Positions 59,069 to 64,000 of a stretch of DNA of 64,000 nt are shown here, piece by piece (within the stretch, counting starts at the first letter, position 1; the number at the start of each line of letters is the position of its first letter). The DNA is from Thermodesulfobacteriota bacterium. GTDB taxonomy: Bacteria; Desulfobacterota; Desulfarculia; JACQYL01. A program made the translations under genes and the position numbers. Under the pieces are notes generated by a model. It searched no databases. It saw nothing but the letters and a program-made list of their open reading frames with translations, and was not told the DNA's origin. The stretch covers positions 1,376,001 through 1,440,000 of the forward strand of contig CAXXLZ010000001.1 in NCBI GenBank assembly GCA_963675595.2. The letters run 5' to 3'.

Positions 59069-59387
59069 GATTTCTCCTTTTCTTTTTTGTGGGGCCAATA
59101 ACAATCTATGGACATCCAAAGCCGAACATAGGGAACCTATGGCCGGTTACCAGCATCCATCAGCTGCGCATACTCTTCAGTTCATTTATGATCGCGCTGA
59201 TTTCCGATTCACTTGAAACCGAGTAAATATCAATAACCTTATACTCTGGGAAATATACGAGTATTATGGATGAAGCGTCCTTCGTGAAAATCCTCAACGA
59301 CCAAATCCGTTTTTTGTTTACCCTGTTAAATTGTACACGAGTTTAAACCCTATTTCTGACAATTGCTTCGAAAACCCTATAAACTTG

Positions 59388-59699
59388 TCATAGGAATTGC
59401 GGAAACAATCGAGTTCTAGATACATGATAAGCCCTCTCCATTTCTTTAAGCTCGTCAAGTATTCTCCAAGTGGCCGTATCATCGCCTATGGATCGAAGGC
59501 ACAAAATGTTCTTCTTCGGCCAGTAATAAAGCACAATTGAACTGATTGAATTGTCGCTCTGCTTGAAGTACCTTACCCAGCAATCAAGCCCACGGGTCTT
59601 GCCTCTGTTGTCATACTTGACCTTGAAAGAAAGGTATCTTAATTCCTCAGTAACCTTGTTGAATCTGTCCTCGTCATTTAGAAAACAATTCAAATCCAT
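59388..59699 (-). CDS. Hypothetical protein (lower GC)
   Basis: GAGGAGGA SD before ATG 59699. Confidence 0.55.
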   Translation of the reverse strand: MDLNCFLNDEDRFNKVTEELRYLSFKVKYDNRGKTRGLDCWVRYFKQSDNSISSIVLYYWPKKNILCLRSIGDDTATWRILDELKEMERAYHVSRTRLFPQFL

Positions 59700-59771
59700 A
59701 ACATCCTCCTCTAACAGCCGCTCCATCCGCAGCGGATGCACAGCGGACATCCTCCGTCGCGGTAAAGAATT

Positions 59772-60071
59772 TCACCGCAGTCCGGACATCGCTCGACCCT
59801 TCTCGGACTCGGTTTGTTCGGTTGCTTGACTTCCGAGGTAACGAACGGCCTTTTTGACGGTTTCTTGGTGATCATCGAATTCATCCAACAGCTCCTTTCT
59901 CTTGAGTAACTCATTGGTCTTGAAGATTTCCTTTGCTTCGAGATGCAGTCCGATCAGTCCCAGTAAAAGCTCCGCCCCGAATTGATGGGACGGCTGAACC
60001 GACTGCGCCGCTTCCCGCCACTCGCGTCTCAGGCTCCGGAGGCCCCGACGCAACTTGGACGACGCACCCAA
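59772..60071 (-). CDS. Hypothetical protein
   Basis: GAGGTGA SD before TTG; helical composition. Confidence 0.45.
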   Translation of the reverse strand: MGASSKLRRGLRSLRREWREAAQSVQPSHQFGAELLLGLIGLHLEAKEIFKTNELLKRKELLDEFDDHQETVKKAVRYLGSQATEQTESEKGRAMSGLR

Positions 60072-60285
60072 GATTCACCTCGTCTCTTTGGCTAGAGTGT
60101 TTGTTGTCGTAGGAATGTGTGATTGAAGCTCTCGCTAAAACGAATGGGATACGGGCCGTCTTCAGGGACGGCGCGCCTTAAACGGTGGGTACAGGCTTCA
60201 CCCGACAAAATCGCTATTGGTGTTCCGGGGAAACCCGCATTGGTGACACGGATCGTCAAGCGCCTGGCCCTGCAAAGGTGTTCGC

Positions 60286-62262
60286 TTAACGTTCCGCTTT
60301 TTCGGTGAGTAGGATGGGAATGATCTTTTCGATAAAATCTTTGGCGAGGTAGGCTTGAACGCCTTGAATGGTGAGGAGTGATTGGATTTTGGTGAGGGCT
60401 TCGGGGTTTGTCGCGATCATGAACTTCTGAATGGAGGCGTGGTTCGAGAGGGTCTCGACGTTCTTCCTGATGTCCGATTTTCCGGTCTCGACCTGAACCG
60501 CCAAACCACCGTTCCAGTCCGCCACGAGATCGAGATTGTCTTTTTCCAGGAACACTCGGCAGTGCCCGGCAAGCGCCAGTCGGATTCTTTCGACCCAGTA
60601 GTTGTGCTCTACTCCGCCCCGAACTCGAGAATTCTCGAGTTTCAGGCCTTCTCGGTGGAGCTGCTCTCCGGCCTGCGGCGTCAATTCAAAGAGCCGGTTT
60701 CGATCCACAAGAACTTCCTTGAGCAGGCCTTTCTCCATGAGACCGTCCAGGCAGAGGGTTCCCTCCCGCGGGTTCATTCCGAGCTTCTTGTAACGTTTTT
60801 GAACTCCGTCGAAAGGATGACGCGCGATGTCATCCAGCAGAATCCGCTCCATGGGGGAGAGTGTTTCCGGATTTGAAATCTCATGAAAGGAGTTTATTTC
60901 CGGCTTTAGAGCTTGGTTTGGATATTCATTTCCTGAAGAAGAGTTTATTCTAGTTTGTATGACTTTATCCCGGATCATTCCCTTCTCGATTTTGAATTCC
61001 GGCACCGTTATCAGGAACGGAAACGGGACCCTTCCGGTCTTCACAATGGCCTCTCCCACCTTGAGCATGCCGTAGTAAGTCTCATTCCCAATGGGAATGA
61101 GCTGGGAACGGCTCAAACTCGAGAAATCTTGAGACAGAGAGGTTTGAAAGCCGATCCGGGTGTAGACATTCCCAAGAGCTGAGACTGAGACTTTGTGGGG
61201 ATGCTGATCGAGAATCACGATGCCTTCCCCGAGTTCCCTGATCTCCCTCATCATGACGTCCGTGATATCCTCTTCCTTGCTCGTTCGAAGGAGCAGGTGA
61301 TGGGCTTCCTCAATGACGATCATGTGCTTTAGAATCTCTCTTTCCGGTTCCTGCATCCGGTAGAAATAGATCCAAAGAAGCAGGCTTCCGATGATGAAAG
61401 TCTTGTCCGAATCCGAAAGTCCGTCCAGTTCCAGGATCACGTTTTTCCAGAGCAGTTCCGGGATTGAAATGGGACTGAGACTGGGACTGGGACTGACGCT
61501 GGGAGATTGAAAATTCACAACCTCGTTCAGGCCCGGGAAGGTGAGGCTGTTCAGGGTTCGCTTGGCGGAACTCAGCCAAAGCATTTCTCTGCCTCGGCGG
61601 TTTTGCTTGTCGATATAGCGCTTCATTTCCGCGAAGTCGGGCAGGCTCATGGCGTCCATCAAAACGTCCGACGCACCGGGCCCTAACAGATAAGCCTTCT
61701 CGATGATCTCCATCAGCTTCTTCGACCAGATGTGAGACTCCACTCCGGGCGGAGGAATCTTTGGATTGAAACGGAAAGGGCTGACCTCCCTTCCCACGGT
61801 ATAGATCAGGATGTCCTCGTTCCGGAAATCCGGATGTGTCAAAAGGTCCCGGTAGTTTCGTTTCCAGTCGAAGATCAGAAACGGAATCTTCGCCTTGACG
61901 AACTCTCCCAGAAGATTCATGCAAGCGGTAGTTTTTCCGGAACCGGTCTGCCCGAAAAGTCCCACATGGCGAATCAACTCGTCCTTTCTGAGACCGAAAG
62001 GATAGAGCTTCTTGCCGCAATAGGAGACGTGTCCGAGCTGCAATTGCCCGGCCGCTTCATCTTTCCCAGGCGGCGGCAGCATAACGGCGTTCTCGAACGC
62101 CACTCCCGTATGCTGCAGGAGCATGGAATCGACCATGGATTCGATCTCGCGCTTGGCTCTCGGATTCTCCTCTATCTGATAAAGCGACCACAGAGCCCGA
62201 AGTTCTCCTGAAGAGACGAAGGGCTCGAGCCGTCTCAGTTTTTCGGCAACAGTTACGATCAT
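60286..62262 (-). CDS. HerA/FtsK-superfamily (DUF87/VirB4-like) ATPase with C-terminal wHTH and nuclease-like domain
   Basis: RHVGLFGQTGSGKT, IFDWK..Y, FNP, IVIEEAH, REIRELG..ILDQHP; C-term GGVEH..DLV..AVQVETG. Confidence 0.85.
   Translation of the reverse strand: MIVTVAEKLRRLEPFVSSGELRALWSLYQIEENPRAKREIESMVDSMLLQHTGVAFENAVMLPPPGKDEAAGQLQLGHVSYCGKKLYPFGLRKDELIRHVGLFGQTGSGKTTACMNLLGEFVKAKIPFLIFDWKRNYRDLLTHPDFRNEDILIYTVGREVSPFRFNPKIPPPGVESHIWSKKLMEIIEKAYLLGPGASDVLMDAMSLPDFAEMKRYIDKQNRRGREMLWLSSAKRTLNSLTFPGLNEVVNFQSPSVSPSPSLSPISIPELLWKNVILELDGLSDSDKTFIIGSLLLWIYFYRMQEPEREILKHMIVIEEAHHLLLRTSKEEDITDVMMREIRELGEGIVILDQHPHKVSVSALGNVYTRIGFQTSLSQDFSSLSRSQLIPIGNETYYGMLKVGEAIVKTGRVPFPFLITVPEFKIEKGMIRDKVIQTRINSSSGNEYPNQALKPEINSFHEISNPETLSPMERILLDDIARHPFDGVQKRYKKLGMNPREGTLCLDGLMEKGLLKEVLVDRNRLFELTPQAGEQLHREGLKLENSRVRGGVEHNYWVERIRLALAGHCRVFLEKDNLDLVADWNGGLAVQVETGKSDIRKNVETLSNHASIQKFMIATNPEALTKIQSLLTIQGVQAYLAKDFIEKIIPILLTEKAER
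61471..61506 (-). repeat. Degenerate 6-bp tandem repeat encoding a Ser-Pro linker
   Basis: GGGACT GAGACT GGGACT GGGACT GACGCT GGGAGA = SPSVSPSPSLSP. Confidence 0.7.
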
Positions 62263-63029
62263 TGAAATTCCCTCTCACACCATCCACCGCATAGACAGGG
62301 GTAGTCCTCTTCACGCTCCGACTCGGTCAGCTCGTGCATTCGGCGGATTTCTTCCGCAGCCCAATCCACGAGTTCTTGGGTAGGCTTGAAAACCTTGGGA
62401 TTGTCTTTGGAGGATGGGAATTTCAGGAAATGGACTGAGACTCGATCGGGAAGTTTTCCGTGCACTTCCTGCTCGAGGAGGGCGTAGATCGCAAGCTGGA
62501 GTTTGATGCCGGGGGTAATGTCCTGGTATTTCGAAGTCTTATAATCCCTGATCTCGATGAATTCTCGAGAATAGCGGGCATCCACGATACCTTGGGCACC
62601 ATGAAGTTGACTCAATAGCCGTTTTTCCGGCTCAGGCGGGCTTCTTCCTCTGCTTACTTCTCGGATAAACTGGTGAAGCCAGTTCAAAGCCATCTTCCTG
62701 GCCTCGACGAGTTGCCCTTCGGCCTCGTCCCGACCGCCGGAGAGCTTCCGAATCTCGAGAATTCTCGAGTTCCACAGGAAATCCACCCTGTCCAGTATTC
62801 GACTTCGCGCATCTGCGTAGGGCGCGTCGAGAAACTCGGGAGTATATGCCCGAACAAAGGCTTCCGCAGCCTGGTGAACCACCTGCCCCACGATGAAGCA
62901 CATCTTGGGTTTGGTCTTCAGTTTCCTGACGTATCTAAGATAGAACTTTCTCGGGCATCCCCATCGGAACTGCGCATCCTTCTTATAGGAAAGAATCGCC
63001 GACGGGCTCAGGATTCGCTTGAAGGTCAT
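62259..63029 (-). CDS. PD-(D/E)XK RecB/Cas4-like nuclease
   Basis: LSPS.I..CPRKFY..G..VH..E..GIVD..DYKTS..QLAIY..C-terminal Cys cluster. Confidence 0.88.
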   Translation of the reverse strand: MTFKRILSPSAILSYKKDAQFRWGCPRKFYLRYVRKLKTKPKMCFIVGQVVHQAAEAFVRAYTPEFLDAPYADARSRILDRVDFLWNSRILEIRKLSGGRDEAEGQLVEARKMALNWLHQFIREVSRGRSPPEPEKRLLSQLHGAQGIVDARYSREFIEIRDYKTSKYQDITPGIKLQLAIYALLEQEVHGKLPDRVSVHFLKFPSSKDNPKVFKPTQELVDWAAEEIRRMHELTESEREEDYPCLCGGWCEREFQ

Positions 63030-63187
63030 TTTGATCGGTCGTAACGGCTCCGCACCTGCATTTCCCTCACAAAGTACACGATCACTTTTTCCAGTTGATG
63101 TTTTTCCATGGCGAGCGCGAAGGCTCCAGGCACTTCATAGAGCTTCTCCACGTCCGTCATGGTGACGTCCTTATATTGGTATTTCAT
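63026..63187 (-). CDS. Small hypothetical protein (53 aa, not in ORF track)
   Basis: MKYQYKDVTMTDVEKLY..YDRSK*; GGAGG SD; stop overlaps nuclease ATG (ATGA). Confidence 0.55.
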   Translation of the reverse strand: MKYQYKDVTMTDVEKLYEVPGAFALAMEKHQLEKVIVYFVREMQVRSRYDRSK

Positions 63188-63189
63188 TC

Positions 63190-63711
63190 TCAGGTTTTTC
63201 CTCCCAGCAGCTTGGCCTTCTCCTCTATCGACCTCCGGTACTCCACGGTATCCCTGAGTTCCTTGCCCAAAAACAGAATGTCCCTGAAATAGGCGGCAAG
63301 TTCCATTCTCCGGTCCCGCTCGAGATCGATCTTCCGCGTCTCCAATCCGATCCAGTCCCGGTCCCTTCGATAGACCTTGTAGCCCATCTCGAAAATAAGA
63401 TTCTGGCAGGCGCAGAGATCCCGCTCGATGCCGTATAGGTTCTCCTCCTTGATCAGCCTCCGCTTATCGATGGCTTCGATCACGGCTTCGATCCGATCTT
63501 CCCTCCTTTGAATCTTCGCTCCCAACATCCCTTCCAGGCTCAGAAACCCCACACTTTTTTCCGAGGGCACACCTTCGTAAACAGAGGGGGACGCCAAGTA
63601 GGACGCTCCGCTTCCGTAAGGGGAGACCAAGTAAGATGCTCCGCTTCCGTAATCAGGCGTGGGTCGTATAGGAGAGTACGAATCAAGCCGCGAAAAATAA
63701 TCATCACTCAT
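63190..63711 (-). CDS. Coiled-coil hypothetical protein with YGSGASYLxSP repeat
   Basis: 33-bp tandem duplication 63587-63652; charged helical C-terminal half. Confidence 0.65.
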   Translation of the reverse strand: MSDDYFSRLDSYSPIRPTPDYGSGASYLVSPYGSGASYLASPSVYEGVPSEKSVGFLSLEGMLGAKIQRREDRIEAVIEAIDKRRLIKEENLYGIERDLCACQNLIFEMGYKVYRRDRDWIGLETRKIDLERDRRMELAAYFRDILFLGKELRDTVEYRRSIEEKAKLLGGKT

Positions 63712-63732
63712 AAGTAGTTGAAATGAGATTCT

Positions 63733-63749
63733 TATATAAAAAGCTTTCC
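63733..63749 (-). promoter_or_regulatory. Archaeal-type BRE-TATA motif
   Basis: Minus GGAAAGCTTTTTATATA; ATG 63711 is 24 nt after TTTATA, no SD. Confidence 0.6.
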
Positions 63750-63937
63750 CTTTTTCCCGCTCAAATGAACGAACCGAAGCCAAACAGCTACACACAAACT
63801 CCCTTCAGAGGCCACTTACTGGTCAATGGCGGATGAAATAGCAGGCATCCCCGCCGTCCCCAACCCCGAACGAAAGGAGGAGATATCCGACCAAAAACGC
63901 CTCTCGTAACCTTCTTTTGAAAAAGGAGACCCAAGCC

Positions 63938-64000
63938 ATGGCTGCAAAAGCATCCTGTGGAAGAGGAAATCCGCCGGCATTGAAGAGCGGCAACACCGGT
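63938..64000 (+). CDS. Start of a gene truncated by window end
   Basis: AAGGAG SD then MAAKASCGRGNPP. Confidence 0.4.
   Translation, partial: MAAKASCGRGNPPALKSGNTG

Larger units (their letters stand above)
26489..64000. mobile_element. tRNA-Arg-integrated genomic island / integrative element, extends beyond window end
   Basis: Integrase immediately 3' of the tRNA; no housekeeping genes afterwards; replication initiator, RadC, group II intron, HerA ATPase; second att copy not seen in window. Confidence 0.88.

Noticed and set aside
59369-59383. CGAAAACCCTATAAA, a further BRE-TATA-like motif
   Set aside because: No plus-strand ORF at the expected distance; may be a relic or antisense promoter, so not counted
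62259-63029. Cas4-like nuclease suggesting CRISPR-Cas
   Set aside because: No repeat-spacer array or cas1/cas2 in the window
26489-64000. Prophage interpretation
   Set aside because: No capsid, terminase, portal or tail genes recognisable in the window; cannot be excluded beyond it

Overview
The window has two parts. Positions 1-26.5 kb are bacterial core genome (inferred Desulfobacterota/Deltaproteobacteria-like): recO(3')-glyQ-glyS, a 953-aa sigma54-driven flagellin, smc-ftsY, a GlmU-like transferase, folE2, an IS1634-family insertion, an HDOD kinase, recA-alaS and tRNA-Arg(TCG). Right after the tRNA, an integrative element begins with a tyrosine integrase and an overlapping excisionase-like ORF, and it runs past the window end. 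It carries kaiC-kaiB with two giant PAS hybrid kinases, and a bacterial-style operon (RadC, DUF2958-like, Ycf46-like AAA+ ATPase split by a complete group II intron, DUF1257/DUF2997/DUF3150-like). The most unusual part is an archaeal-looking backbone. An Orc1/Cdc6 initiator sits next to an AT-rich (ATATA)6 tract flanked by inverted ORB-like boxes. Nearby are a Zn-ribbon/kleisin-C-like gene, a HerA-like ATPase and a Cas4/RecB-like nuclease. At least six archaeal BRE-TATA motifs are present, three of them 24-25 nt upstream of ATGs with no Shine-Dalgarno (archaeal leaderless geometry). All family calls come from reading motifs by eye; no database searches were run.
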